A stretch of DNA of 64,000 bases from an uncultured Verrucomicrobiae bacterium (GTDB lineage: Bacteria; Verrucomicrobiota; Verrucomicrobiia; Chthoniobacterales; JAFAMB01): contig CAWIPH010000002.1 in the NCBI GenBank assembly GCA_963837955.1, positions 960,001 to 1,024,000 of the forward strand, read 5' to 3'. The notes beneath the pieces were generated by a model. It was given only the letters and a program-made list of their open reading frames with translations. It searched no databases and had not been told where the DNA came from. A program made the translations under genes and the position numbers. Below, piece by piece: positions 1-11,024 of the stretch. Within the stretch, counting starts at the first letter, position 1. The number at the start of each line of letters is the position of its first letter.

Positions 1-684
<684 letters not shown>

Positions 685-830
685 TGCGGGTTTATCAACG
701 AATTATCTTACGAGACCAAGAAGTGGTTAATCAGCGCCGATCTGCCAGTGCCAAGAAACTAAAAGAGAGCCTCGAGGTTAGCGGTCCCCGAGCGTCCCTA
801 ATTTTTCAGTAAGCCTTACCGCGGTAAAAT

Positions 831-3800
831 ATGAACGAAACGAATCTTCGCGAAATTTTTGGAGAAGAGCGCTCGGTCGGATTCGACCAAGTGGGAATCA
901 GCGTGGCTTCTCCGGACGCCATCCGCTCCTGGAGCAAGGGTGAAGTAAAGAACCCCGAAACGATCAACTACCGGACATTCAAACCGGAGAAGGGTGGTCT
1001 GTTTTGCGAACGCATCTTTGGTCCGACGCGGGATTGGGAATGCTCCTGCGGTAAATACAAGCGGATCAAGCACAAAGGGGTCATCTGTGATCGTTGCGGC
1101 GTGGAGGTCACTCTCTCCCGGGTACGACGAGAGCGCATGGGACACATCGAGTTGGCGGTGCCGGTTTCGCACATCTGGTTTTATAAGTGCATGCCGTCGC
1201 GGATCGGCTTGATGCTCGACATGAGTTCACGGCAGTTGGAACGCGTAATCTACTATGAGGATTACATTGTTATCGACCCGGGTCAGACCCAGCTGCAGAA
1301 GTGCCAGTTGTTAAACGAACAGGAGTACCGGGAAGCTCAGGAGCAGTATCGTGATACCTTTGTGGCGGGAATGGGTGCAGAGGCGATCAAGATTCTCCTG
1401 TCCCAAATCGAGCTGAGCCAATTGAATGTCGAGCTCGAGGAGGCGATGAATAACACCAAGAGCAAGCAGATTCGGAAGAAGCTGGCGAAACGGTTGAAGC
1501 TCGTACAGGGTTTCATGAATTCGCACTCTCGGCCGGAGTGGATGATCCTCGATGTGCTGCCGGTGATCCCGCCGGATCTTCGTCCGCTTGTGCCGTTGGA
1601 AGGCGGACGTTTCGCGACGTCGGACTTGAACGATCTCTATCGCCGGGTCATCAACCGCAACAATCGGTTGAAGAACCTGCTTCAGCTCAAGACGCCGGAC
1701 GTCATTATCCGGAATGAAAAGCGGATGCTCCAGGAGGCCGTCGATGCGTTGTTTGACAACGGCCGGCATGGCCGCGCCGTAACCGGCGCAGGCAATCGTC
1801 CGCTCAAGTCGTTGAGCGATATGCTCAAAGGCAAGGGTGGCCGGTTCCGGCAAAACCTTCTGGGTAAACGAGTCGATTACTCCGGACGTTCGGTTATTGT
1901 TATTGGCCCAGAGCTCAAATTGCACCAATGCGGGCTACCGAAGAAAATGGCGCTGGTTCTGTTTGAACCGTTTATCATTCGCCGCCTGAAAGAGCTTGGT
2001 TACGTCCACACTGTCCGGAGCGCTAAGAAGATGATTGAGCGCCAGACGCCGGAGGTCTGGGATATCTTGGAAGAAGTCACCAAAGGGCATCCGGTACTGT
2101 TGAACCGTGCTCCGACCTTGCATCGGCTTTCGATTCAGGCTTTCGAACCGTTGCTGGTGGAAGGGGAGGCCATTCGTATTCATCCGTTGGTTTGCACAGC
2201 GTACAACGCAGACTTCGATGGTGACCAGATGGCAGTTCATGTGCCGCTGTCGGTCGAGGCGCAAATGGAAGCTCGGCTGCTGATGCTTGCACCCAACAAC
2301 ATATTTTCACCTTCTAGCGGCAAGCCGATCACGACCCCGTCCCAAGACATCGTGCTGGGCTGCTACTATCTCACTCAAAATCCCCGGAAGAACGCGCAGC
2401 TTAATGAGCGCTTGCGTCTGTTCTCCGACCCGGACGAAATTGAGTATGCCCTCAGCGAAGGGGCTGTGAAAATTCACGAGAAAATCCGGTTCAAAAATCC
2501 GGACTACGGTCACAAAACCATCTTCGGAAATTCTGATTTGAAGGTGATTGAAACCACTGCCGGTCGCGTGGTTTTCAACGGAATCTGGCCGCGCGAACTC
2601 GGGTTCTTTCCCCGGGTGGCCGCGAAGAAACAGTTGAGCGATATAATCTGGCGCACCTACCAGGTCTCGGCTCAGCAAAAGACTGTCGAAACTTTGGACC
2701 GGCTCAAGGAACTCGGTTTCTATTGGGCAACTAAGGCAGGGGTATCGATCGGCATTACCGATATGATTATCCCGGACGAAAAGAGGACAGAGCTCGACAA
2801 GGCTTACAAGCAAATCGCGCTGGTGGAGAAGCAGTACCGCAGCGGTATCATTACCGATGGCGAGCGCTATAACAAGATCATCGACATCTGGACTCAGGCC
2901 GGTGAAGAAATCTCGAACGTGTTGTTCCGGACCCTCGAATACAATGAGGGCCGTAAGGAGCTTAATCCGGTGTTTTTGATGCAAGACTCCGGAGCACGTG
3001 GCAACCGACAACAGATAAAGCAGCTCGCTGGAATGCGCGGTCTGATGGCCAAACCGTCGGGCGAAATCATCGAGCGACCGATTACTTCCAACTTCCGCGA
3101 AGGGTTGAGCGTGCTTGAGTATTTCATCTCTACCCACGGCGCGCGTAAGGGCTTGGCCGATACGGCGTTAAAAACAGCTGACTCGGGGTATCTGACCCGG
3201 AAGCTGGTCGATGCAGCCCAGGACGTCATCATCGTCGAGCCAGATTGTGGCACGGCGAACGGAATTGTGGTTCGCCCGATCTACGAGGGAGACGACGAAG
3301 TGGTTGATCTGGCCGCTCGAATTGTCGGTCGGGTAAGCTGCGAAACGATCAATAATCCGGTTACTAAAGACACGATCATCAAGACCAACCAATTGATCGA
3401 AGAGCCGCATGCGGCTTCGCTGATGTCTATTGGAGTCGAGTACCTCAAAATCCGTTCGGTGTTAACCTGTGAGTCAAAGCGAGGCGTTTGTGCTCATTGT
3501 TACGGGCGTAATCTGGCGACCGGGCGAATGGTGAAATTGGGCGAAGCGGTGGGAATCATTGCGGCGCAAAGTATTGGCGAACCGGGCACGCAGCTCACCA
3601 TGCGTACCTTCCACATTGGCGGTACGGCGACACAGCTTTTCAAACAGCCGATCATCAAAGCGAAGAACGATGGAGAAGTGCGGTTCAACGACGTCCGAGT
3701 CGTGCAGTCAGTCGACAGCAACTACATCGCGCTTAACAAGAACGGTTCGGTCTCGGTGCACTCAAAGGATGGGCGCGAGCTGGAGCGTTATAACGTCGTG

Positions 3801-4940
3801 GTGGGATCAGTAATCTCGGTCGGCGACGGTGGGCAGGTCAAAAAGGGTGAGACATTTGTCCAGTGGGACCCTTACAACGTTCCGATCCTGACGGAGAAGA
3901 CCGGGCGGGTTGAATTTCGGGACATGATCGCTGGCGTCACCGTCAAGCGCGAGATCGACGAAGCGACCGGCGTGATGGGTACGGTCGTCATCGAGCATAA
4001 GGAAGATCTGCACCCTCAGATCGTCATCTTGGATGAAAACAAGAAGGAAATCGCGAGCTACGCAATTCCGGCAGGTGCCCATATTGTCGTTCAGGACGGA
4101 AGTAAGATTCCGGCTGGTACGCTTCTAGCCAAAACGCCGCGTAAGATCGCAAAAACAAAAGATATTACCGGTGGTTTGCCGCGGGTTGCCGAACTCTTCG
4201 AGGCTCGGCGTCCGAAAGATGCGGCCGAAATCGCGAAGATCGATGGTCTGGTCGAGTTTGGCGGTACCGTTCGCGGTAAGCGCCGGCTCATCTTGCGCGA
4301 CGCGACGAGTGGCCAGGAAGAAGAGCACCTTATTCCGCTGAACAAGCACATCATCGTCTTTAAGGGTGATTTTGTGAAAAAGGGGTCTCAACTCACCGAA
4401 GGTCCGATCGTTCCGCACGAAATCCTTGATGTCTGCGGACCACAGGATTTGCAGGAGCATCTGGTAAACGAGGTGCAGGAAGTTTACCGTCTCCAGGGCG
4501 TTGAGATTAACGATAAACATATCGAGATCATTGTCCGCCAAATGCTGCGGAAGGTGAAAATTACCGAACCTGGTGATACGGAGATGCTTTGGGGTGACCA
4601 GGTTGACCGGCTGGAATTCGATAAAGAAAACAGGCGAGTCACCGAGCAGGGCGGTAAGCCGGCGGAAGCTGTTCCAGTGCTTCTCGGTATCACGAAGGCA
4701 TCTCTGGAAACCGACAGCTTCATCTCGGCAGCCTCGTTCCAAGATACTACACGCGTGCTGACGGAAGCGGCTACGCTGGGTAAGATCGACTTTCTCCGCG
4801 GATTCAAGGAGAACGTGATAATGGGACACCTGATTCCGGCGGGTACCGGGTTCTTGGGCCATCGTAGCATCCGCACGATAGAAACGGCAGAGCCTCAGGC
4901 CGAGCCGTTGCCTGAAGAGACGGAGCCAGCGGTAGGTTGA
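831..4940 (+). CDS. rpoC: RNA polymerase beta' subunit
   Basis: 1369 aa; catalytic NADFDGD, N-terminal Zn ribbon (CSCGKYK...CDRCGVE), [16 protein letters not shown]. Confidence 0.99.
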   Translation: MNETNLREIFGEERSVGFDQVGISVASPDAIRSWSKGEVKNPETINYRTFKPEKGGLFCERIFGPTRDWECSCGKYKRIKHKGVICDRCGVEVTLSRVRRERMGHIELAVPVSHIWFYKCMPSRIGLMLDMSSRQLERVIYYEDYIVIDPGQTQLQKCQLLNEQEYREAQEQYRDTFVAGMGAEAIKILLSQIELSQLNVELEEAMNNTKSKQIRKKLAKRLKLVQGFMNSHSRPEWMILDVLPVIPPDLRPLVPLEGGRFATSDLNDLYRRVINRNNRLKNLLQLKTPDVIIRNEKRMLQEAVDALFDNGRHGRAVTGAGNRPLKSLSDMLKGKGGRFRQNLLGKRVDYSGRSVIVIGPELKLHQCGLPKKMALVLFEPFIIRRLKELGYVHTVRSAKKMIERQTPEVWDILEEVTKGHPVLLNRAPTLHRLSIQAFEPLLVEGEAIRIHPLVCTAYNADFDGDQMAVHVPLSVEAQMEARLLMLAPNNIFSPSSGKPITTPSQDIVLGCYYLTQNPRKNAQLNERLRLFSDPDEIEYALSEGAVKIHEKIRFKNPDYGHKTIFGNSDLKVIETTAGRVVFNGIWPRELGFFPRVAAKKQLSDIIWRTYQVSAQQKTVETLDRLKELGFYWATKAGVSIGITDMIIPDEKRTELDKAYKQIALVEKQYRSGIITDGERYNKIIDIWTQAGEEISNVLFRTLEYNEGRKELNPVFLMQDSGARGNRQQIKQLAGMRGLMAKPSGEIIERPITSNFREGLSVLEYFISTHGARKGLADTALKTADSGYLTRKLVDAAQDVIIVEPDCGTANGIVVRPIYEGDDEVVDLAARIVGRVSCETINNPVTKDTIIKTNQLIEEPHAASLMSIGVEYLKIRSVLTCESKRGVCAHCYGRNLATGRMVKLGEAVGIIAAQSIGEPGTQLTMRTFHIGGTATQLFKQPIIKAKNDGEVRFNDVRVVQSVDSNYIALNKNGSVSVHSKDGRELERYNVVVGSVISVGDGGQVKKGETFVQWDPYNVPILTEKTGRVEFRDMIAGVTVKREIDEATGVMGTVVIEHKEDLHPQIVILDENKKEIASYAIPAGAHIVVQDGSKIPAGTLLAKTPRKIAKTKDITGGLPRVAELFEARRPKDAAEIAKIDGLVEFGGTVRGKRRLILRDATSGQEEEHLIPLNKHIIVFKGDFVKKGSQLTEGPIVPHEILDVCGPQDLQEHLVNEVQEVYRLQGVEINDKHIEIIVRQMLRKVKITEPGDTEMLWGDQVDRLEFDKENRRVTEQGGKPAEAVPVLLGITKASLETDSFISAASFQDTTRVLTEAATLGKIDFLRGFKENVIMGHLIPAGTGFLGHRSIRTIETAEPQAEPLPEETEPAVG

Positions 4941-4974
4941 TCTGAAGCCGGAGGCCGGCCAGATATTACATTTG

Positions 4975-5010
4975 AGTGGTCCCGCAGCCGCGGGACCGCT
5001 AACGTTTTAT
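4975..5010 (+). terminator. Probable intrinsic terminator after rpoC
   Basis: Stem agtggtcccgc/gcgggaccgct with 4-nt loop, followed by aacgttttat. Confidence 0.55.
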
Positions 5011-5018
5011 TCTTCCTG

Positions 5019-5567
5019 ATGTCGATCGCCACAAAAACCGGGGATGCAGGAGAAACGGCGCTGATGTACGGGCGACGAGTACCTAAAATGCATCGACGGG
5101 TGGAGGCTTACGGTGCGGTCGACGAGTTAAATGCTGCGCTGGGTCTGTTTCGAGCAACCGCAAAGCACACTCTGATTCAGGAGAGAGTTTACGTGGTCCA
5201 GAAGGAGTTGGTCATACTGATGGGTGAGTTGGCGGTGGCCGACGAAGATCGGGAGCGCTATCAGAAAGACGGATTTGAGCTCGTGGATTCCGGTATGGTT
5301 GACCGCCTGACTGCCGTCGTCGACGATCTCGAGAAAAATTACCCCATCTCGTACAAGCATTGGGCGACTCCGGGCCAAAACGTCGAATCGGCCGCGCTGG
5401 ATGTGGCTCGAACGACTTGCCGGCGTGCGGAACGCAGGGTGGTGGCTTTGGCCGATAGTGCGGAATACGTCAACCCGGAAACCATCCGGTATTTGAATAG
5501 GCTTTCGGATGTTCTCTGGTTGTTTGCCCGATACGCGGAGAGCGTAAAGGAGGATGCGCCGCAATAG
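5019..5567 (+). CDS. pduO: ATP:cob(I)alamin adenosyltransferase, PduO type
   Basis: Motifs TKTGDAGET, EAYGAVDELNA, ARTTCRRAER, YLNRLSD. Confidence 0.93.
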   Translation: MSIATKTGDAGETALMYGRRVPKMHRRVEAYGAVDELNAALGLFRATAKHTLIQERVYVVQKELVILMGELAVADEDRERYQKDGFELVDSGMVDRLTAVVDDLEKNYPISYKHWATPGQNVESAALDVARTTCRRAERRVVALADSAEYVNPETIRYLNRLSDVLWLFARYAESVKEDAPQ

Positions 5568-5659
5568 GCATTTTTTGGGCAAGATGAATGCAAGTTTTCG
5601 CGCGGTCCGGAGCTCGGAAAAGGTACTCAAACAGCTGGGCAAAAGGGGAAATTCTTCGC

Positions 5660-5688
5660 TTGCGCATCTGGGGAGGCTGAACCATAGT
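5660..5688 (+). promoter_or_regulatory. Putative sigma70 promoter of rpsB-tsf
   Basis: TTGCGC-N17-CATAGT about 46 nt upstream of the rpsB ATG. Confidence 0.4.
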
Positions 5689-5734
5689 CACCGACTCTAG
5701 CCGGAACGCAAAAAGCGTTGTCTAAATTATAGAT

Positions 5735-6463
5735 ATGTCTTCGATGGAATTAATGACCGAACTCCTGGAAGCAGGGGTTCATTTTGGGCACCAGACGAAA
5801 CGGTGGAATCCGAAAATGAAGCCGTTCATTTTCGAGAAACGGAATTCCATCTACATCATCAATTTGTCCGAAACCGTAAAGCAACTGCAGACGGCAACGG
5901 ATTTCCTGGCCAATGTCGCCCGAAACGGCGGGAAGGTGCTTTTCATCGGGTGCAAAAAGCAGGCGCAAGAGGCGGTCAAAGAGGCTGCCCAGGCTTGCGG
6001 ACAACTTTATGTCAACCAGCGGTGGCTGGGCGGCACTTTGACGAATTTGACCACGATTCGCAAGAGCGTTGCGCGATTGAGCTATCTCGAGCAGATCGAA
6101 AAATCCCCCGAATATTCTCAAATGGGAAAACAAGAACTTTCCGCGCTTCGCCGAGAGGCTGAGAAGCTTCGGCGCAACCTTGAAGGCATTCGAACCATGG
6201 AGAAGCTCCCTGACGCTCTGGTGGTAATTGATACCACTCGCGAGGCGATCGCGGTTGCCGAAGCTCGACGATTGAAAATCCCCACCGTTGCCATCGCCGA
6301 TACGAATGCGGATCCTGATTTGGTGACCTATCCGATTGCTGGTAATGACGATGCGATTCGAGCAATCCGCGTGATTCTGCAAAAGCTAGTAGACGCTATT
6401 TACACGGCTACCCACGAGGCGAACAAGGAAAGCACGCCTGGGTTAGCTGCAGTCGCTGAGTAA
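5735..6463 (+). CDS. rpsB: 30S ribosomal protein S2
   Basis: LLEAGVHFGHQTKRWNPKM, RWLGGTLTN, PIAGNDDAIRAI. Confidence 0.99.
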   Translation: MSSMELMTELLEAGVHFGHQTKRWNPKMKPFIFEKRNSIYIINLSETVKQLQTATDFLANVARNGGKVLFIGCKKQAQEAVKEAAQACGQLYVNQRWLGGTLTNLTTIRKSVARLSYLEQIEKSPEYSQMGKQELSALRREAEKLRRNLEGIRTMEKLPDALVVIDTTREAIAVAEARRLKIPTVAIADTNADPDLVTYPIAGNDDAIRAIRVILQKLVDAIYTATHEANKESTPGLAAVAE

Positions 6464-6516
6464 CTTCAACATCCCGTTTCTGGCTAATTCAGCTCGGAAA
6501 CGTTCTTCTTTGATCT

Positions 6517-7161
6517 ATGGCTGATGTGAATCCTGCGCTTGTTAAACAGCTACGCGATAAAACCAACGCTGGCATGATGGACTGCAAAAAGGCACTCGTC
6601 GAAACCGACGGTGACCTCGAGAAAGCAGAAGATCTGTTGCGCAAAAAAGGGATTGCCAGCGCCTCGAAAAAGGCATCGCGTTCGGCGAAGGAAGGAATTG
6701 TAGCTTCGTACATCCACCTGCAAGGGAAGGTAGGCGTGTTGGTAGAAGTCAACTGCGAGACAGATTTTGTCGCTAAGAACGAAATTTTTCGAGAATTCGT
6801 CAAAGATATCACGTTGCATATCGCGGCAGCCCACCCGATTTACGTGAGCCGGGATCAAGTAGCTCCCGCGATCATCGAGCACGAGAGAGAAATCTATCGA
6901 GCACAGGTCAAAGGCAAACCTGAGAACGTCGTGGAGAAGATCGTAGAGGGAAAACTGGACAAGTTTTTTGGAAGTGTCTGTCTCCTCGACCAAGCATTCA
7001 TCAAGAATCCAGACCAGTCGATCCGAGATTTGGTTTCCACCAAGATCTCAGAACTAGGTGAGAACATTGTCATTCGGCGGTTCACCCGGTACGCTGTAGG
7101 CGAAGACCTCGAGAGCGAAACAGCCGACAAAGGCGCACCGGCTGAAGCGGCGGCGGCGTAG
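6517..7161 (+). CDS. tsf: Elongation factor Ts (short form)
   Basis: VKQLRDKTNAGMMDCKKAL, EVNCETDFVA; follows rpsB. Confidence 0.99.
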   Translation: MADVNPALVKQLRDKTNAGMMDCKKALVETDGDLEKAEDLLRKKGIASASKKASRSAKEGIVASYIHLQGKVGVLVEVNCETDFVAKNEIFREFVKDITLHIAAAHPIYVSRDQVAPAIIEHEREIYRAQVKGKPENVVEKIVEGKLDKFFGSVCLLDQAFIKNPDQSIRDLVSTKISELGENIVIRRFTRYAVGEDLESETADKGAPAEAAAA

Positions 7162-7191
7162 CCTGATCCTTCTGGCTCAGAAATCTACGGC

Positions 7192-7319
7192 GCAACAAAA
7201 GTAGCCTGATGCTCCGGCCTCAGGAAGCAACGCGCTGTCTAAAAACGCCAGACCGAGAGCCTTAGACACGCATTGCGCCCTAGCTTCCTGAGGCTGGAGC
7301 ATCAGGCTACTTTTGTTGC
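7192..7319. repeat. REPIN-like inverted repeat (family 3, GTAG type)
   Basis: 37-bp arms 7192-7228 and 7283-7319 (gcaacaaaagtagcctgatgctcc[g/a]gcctcaggaagc), one mismatch; inner tgtctaa/ttagaca pair. Confidence 0.8.
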
Positions 7320-7513
7320 ACTCCGGGGTTCCTGAGCGACGCCCGAGAATAGTCCATCTCACACAGAAGAATTGAGCCCAAGGGGCTGTGGCTCTATCAG
7401 GGGCCGTTCCCGGGAGCCGCAAGCAGCCCCATCAGTCTTCTGAATGCCGTCTAAACGACTCGGCTGAAAAACCAACGTTGCAGTTTATCGGCTGATTGGT
7501 TATATCGCCGATC

Positions 7514-8638
7514 ATGAAACGTCTGCTGTTCCTCCTGTTCTGGGCGTCGCTAGGCGCGAGTTCTGTTGCTGTAGCGCAGGATACTATCAAAATCGGCGAA
7601 TTCGCCTCGCTTACCGGCGGTAACGCGAGTTTTGGAATTTCGCAAAATAACGGCGTCCAAATGGCCTTCGAAGAGATCAATAGTGCCGGCGGTGTACTCG
7701 GCAAAAAGATTGAACTGACGGTCGAAGACAATCAAACGAAACAAGGGCAGACCACCACGATCGTAAAGAAATTGATCTCGGAAGACCACGTGGTTGCTTT
7801 GATCGGCGAAGTTGCTTCTTCCAAATCGCTCGAGGCAGCTCCGATTGCTCAGAGTTCAAAGATCCCGATGATTGCGACCGCAGCCACGAATCCGGCGGTC
7901 ACCCAGACCGGGGACTATATTTTTCGGGTTTGCTTTACCGACGATTTCCAAGCCGTCGTCATCGCCCGCTTCGTTCTGGAAACGCTCCAGAAGAAGAAAG
8001 TCGCGTTTATGACCGACGTGAAACAGGACTACAGCGTTGGACTAACAAAGATTGCCAAAGACTACTTCGAGAAAAACGGCGGCGAAGTCGTTAAGGAACA
8101 GAGCTACAGTTCGGATGACAAGGATTTTCGTGCCCAGCTGACCGCGATCAAGGCAGCTAATCCGGATGTCATCATTGTCACTGGTTACTATCCCGAAGCG
8201 GCCTTGATCGCAAAACAAGCCCGGGATTTTGGGATCAAAGCGATGTTTGTTGGCGGTGACGGCTGGGACGGTTCCTCATTGATCCCGGTTGGCGGCAAGG
8301 CGGTCGAAGGCGCCTACTTTTCGGATCACTTTGCGGTCGCCGACACCTCTCCCCTCGTCCAAAACTTCGTTGCCGCTTACAAAAAGAAGTATAATACGGC
8401 GCCGGACGCTTTTGCCGCTCTAGGTTACGACGCGTTTAAACTTCTCATCGATGCTATTAAACGAGCTGGAGGTACCGATCCGGAGAAGCTGCGCGACGCG
8501 ATCGCTAGTACCAAAGATTTCCCAGGCGTTTCCGGTAAAATCACCATTAATCCGGAACGCAATGCCACCAAGTCTGCGGTCATTCTTACGATCAAGAATG
8601 GCGCTTTCGATTACTTCAAGACGATCGAACCGAAATAG
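7514..8638 (+). CDS. Branched-chain amino acid ABC transporter substrate-binding protein (LivJ/LivK family), copy 1
   Basis: Signal peptide MKRLLFLLFW...AVAQ, then IKIGEFASLTG, EINSAGGVLGKKIEL; heads the liv operon. Start placed at ATG 7514. Confidence 0.93.
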   Translation: MKRLLFLLFWASLGASSVAVAQDTIKIGEFASLTGGNASFGISQNNGVQMAFEEINSAGGVLGKKIELTVEDNQTKQGQTTTIVKKLISEDHVVALIGEVASSKSLEAAPIAQSSKIPMIATAATNPAVTQTGDYIFRVCFTDDFQAVVIARFVLETLQKKKVAFMTDVKQDYSVGLTKIAKDYFEKNGGEVVKEQSYSSDDKDFRAQLTAIKAANPDVIIVTGYYPEAALIAKQARDFGIKAMFVGGDGWDGSSLIPVGGKAVEGAYFSDHFAVADTSPLVQNFVAAYKKKYNTAPDAFAALGYDAFKLLIDAIKRAGGTDPEKLRDAIASTKDFPGVSGKITINPERNATKSAVILTIKNGAFDYFKTIEPK

Positions 8639-8781
8639 GGGTTGATCGAGCGGATCAGTGACGTAGAACACGAGAGTCGAACGGCTCTCGTGTTTTTATT
8701 TAGCAATTTCAAATGATTGATTTCCTCGATTTTTCGACGAAACGGATGAATTAACTCGAATGATTCTTGCCTTAAAGAGGA

Positions 8782-8894
8782 GGGGAAGGATCGCGCACTC
8801 GCGATCCGCGGCGCACGAGGATTCGACGTCGGCAGACGGGGCATATTGCTCAACGCATTCAACAGGCTATGTCGGACAGGCTGCGCACCCTTCC
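8782..8894. repeat. REP doublet (family 2, GGGAGGG type) with ~60-nt loop insertion
   Basis: ggaa-ggatcgcg-cact-cgcgatcc hairpin, then gcgcacgagga[insert]tgcgcacccttcc; insert resembles the one at 55353-55414. Confidence 0.7.
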
Positions 8895-8924
8895 GGGCAT
8901 GATGGCCGGAATTTATTTTTCTAA

Positions 8925-10049
8925 ATGTGCGCTAGATTCGCATGGGCCACTTTTGTTGTTAGTTTTTCGCTCTTTCTCAACTCATCGGCTAACGCGGAGA
9001 TCAAAGTCGGGGTAGTAACTTGTCTCTCGGGGAGCTTATCCACCTTTGGAGTTTCTAGCGTGCAAGGAGCAAGATTGGCTGCCGAGGAAATCAACGCTGC
9101 CGGCGGCATTCTCCATCAACCTCTGACGCTGATCGTTGACGATAATCAGTCGAAGTCGGGGGAAACGGGCAGAATTGTCCGAAAGTTTCTAACTCAAGAT
9201 CACGTCGTTGCCATTCTTGGTGATCTAACTTCGTCGTTTACCATGGAGGCGGCCCCCCTGGCTCAGAACGCGCATATTCCGCTGCTGACCCCGACCGCCA
9301 CTAATACGGCGATCACGCCGATCGGCAATTTCATCTTCCGGAGTTGTTTCACCGATCCATTCACCGGGCATATGATGGCACGATTTGCGCTGGATCGTCT
9401 GAAAGCTCGGCGAGCGGTCATCATGACCGATATCAAACAGGATTACAGCGTGGGAGTTACCGACGCATTGAAACAATATTTTAGCGGCAATGGTGGACAA
9501 GTGCTGGAAGATCTATCATTCAGCAGCGGCGACACCGATTTTAGGGCCCAACTCACCAAGCTAAAGGCGGCTCGACCGGAGGTGGTGTTCTTGCCAGCCT
9601 ATTATCCAGAAGTTGGTCTGATTTTGCGACAAGCTCGTCTTCTCGGAGTGACCGTTCCGTTTCTGGGCGGCGAGGGCTGGGGTAGTCCTGTGTTGGTCCA
9701 GATCGCCGGGAAAAGTGCCGACGGGAGCTTTTATACGGACCACTTCGCGGCGGATGATACCGACCCGCGGGTGCAGCAATTTGTCGCTACCTATGAAAAT
9801 AAATATCACTCTCGTCCCGATGCACTCGCAGCGCTCTGGTACGATGGGACGCGATTGATGGCAGAATCGATCGAACGAGCTGGTTCTGATAACTCGGAAA
9901 AGATTCGCGATACATTAGCCCAAACCAGGGACTTTCCCGGAGTGACCGGAAACATCTCGCTGGACGACCAACGAAACGCTACTAAACCTGGCGTAATTCT
10001 GACTATTCAGGGGGGAGCAATCAAGATGGTGGAAAGAGTCATGCCCTAG
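8925..10049 (+). CDS. Branched-chain amino acid ABC transporter substrate-binding protein, copy 2
   Basis: Paralogue of 7514-8638 (IFRSCFTD, DIKQDYSVG, DFRAQLT, DFPGVTG). Confidence 0.92.
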   Translation: MCARFAWATFVVSFSLFLNSSANAEIKVGVVTCLSGSLSTFGVSSVQGARLAAEEINAAGGILHQPLTLIVDDNQSKSGETGRIVRKFLTQDHVVAILGDLTSSFTMEAAPLAQNAHIPLLTPTATNTAITPIGNFIFRSCFTDPFTGHMMARFALDRLKARRAVIMTDIKQDYSVGVTDALKQYFSGNGGQVLEDLSFSSGDTDFRAQLTKLKAARPEVVFLPAYYPEVGLILRQARLLGVTVPFLGGEGWGSPVLVQIAGKSADGSFYTDHFAADDTDPRVQQFVATYENKYHSRPDALAALWYDGTRLMAESIERAGSDNSEKIRDTLAQTRDFPGVTGNISLDDQRNATKPGVILTIQGGAIKMVERVMP

Positions 10050-10073
10050 CGCGGCAATCTTGAACCAAGCAAG

Positions 10074-11024
10074 ATGGACCAAATTATCCTTTTTATACAA
10101 CAGCTGTTCAATGGATTGTCGCTTGGTTCGATCTATGCCTTGATCGCACTGGGTTATACGATGGTCTATGGCGTGTTGCGATTCATCAACTTCGCTCACG
10201 GCGACGTTTACATGTTGGGGGCGTTCTCCGGATTTCTGATCGCACCGGCAATATCCAAGTTCATTCCATTGGATAAGTTCGAAGAATTCACGCCAGGGAA
10301 TACGTTACTCATCATTAGCGGCGCCGCCTTAGTGATGATCATTTCCATGTTGGTCTGTGCCGTGACCGGCGTTCTTATCGAGAGAATCGCGTATCGACCT
10401 TTGCGGGATCGACCCCGCCTGACGGTGTTGATCACGGCGATTGGGGTTTCTCTGTTTATTCAAAACATGACCCAATTCTTCTTTGGACCGCAACCGCGAG
10501 CGTTTCCTCAGTTGATCCCCACCGAGGCGATACCCGGTTTAGGGGACCTGACGGTGCTAACCACCCAGGCTGCCATTATTCTCTCCACCGTCGTGCTGCT
10601 CATTGTTCTCCATTTCATCGTTACGAAAACGAAAATGGGATTGGCTATGCGCGCCTTATCAGTCAATCCGACGGCCTGTTCGCTCATGGGAGTTAACAAC
10701 GATGTCGTGATCTCCTTCACTTTTGCGCTCGGTTCAGCTCTCGCTGCTGCGGCAGGTATTTTGGTGTCGATGGATTCTCCTTCCATCTCGCCAATGATGG
10801 GTAATCTACCAGGCATCAAAGCGTTCGTGGCAGCGGTTCTCGGTGGGATCGGAAATATTCCAGGCGCCGCAATTGGTGGCTTGATTATCGGAGTCTTGGA
10901 AACACTAGTGGTAGGCTACTTGCGTCCGGAGTTGCGCGACGCGATTGCGTTTGCGGTCTTGATAGTGATTCTCCTGTTCAAACCAACCGGAATCTTAGGA
11001 AGAGTCGAACGAGAAAAAGTATGA
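10074..11024 (+). CDS. livH: Branched-chain amino acid ABC transporter permease
   Basis: QQLFNGLSLGSIYALIALGYTMVYGVLRFINFAHG; KAFVAAVLGGIG. Confidence 0.95.
   Translation: MDQIILFIQQLFNGLSLGSIYALIALGYTMVYGVLRFINFAHGDVYMLGAFSGFLIAPAISKFIPLDKFEEFTPGNTLLIISGAALVMIISMLVCAVTGVLIERIAYRPLRDRPRLTVLITAIGVSLFIQNMTQFFFGPQPRAFPQLIPTEAIPGLGDLTVLTTQAAIILSTVVLLIVLHFIVTKTKMGLAMRALSVNPTACSLMGVNNDVVISFTFALGSALAAAAGILVSMDSPSISPMMGNLPGIKAFVAAVLGGIGNIPGAAIGGLIIGVLETLVVGYLRPELRDAIAFAVLIVILLFKPTGILGRVEREKV

Noticed and set aside
1311..4876. Long antisense ORFs opposite rpoC and other core genes (e.g. 2307-3137, 24953-25702, 27757-28536)
   Set aside because: Shadow ORFs expected from codon bias; no independent motifs
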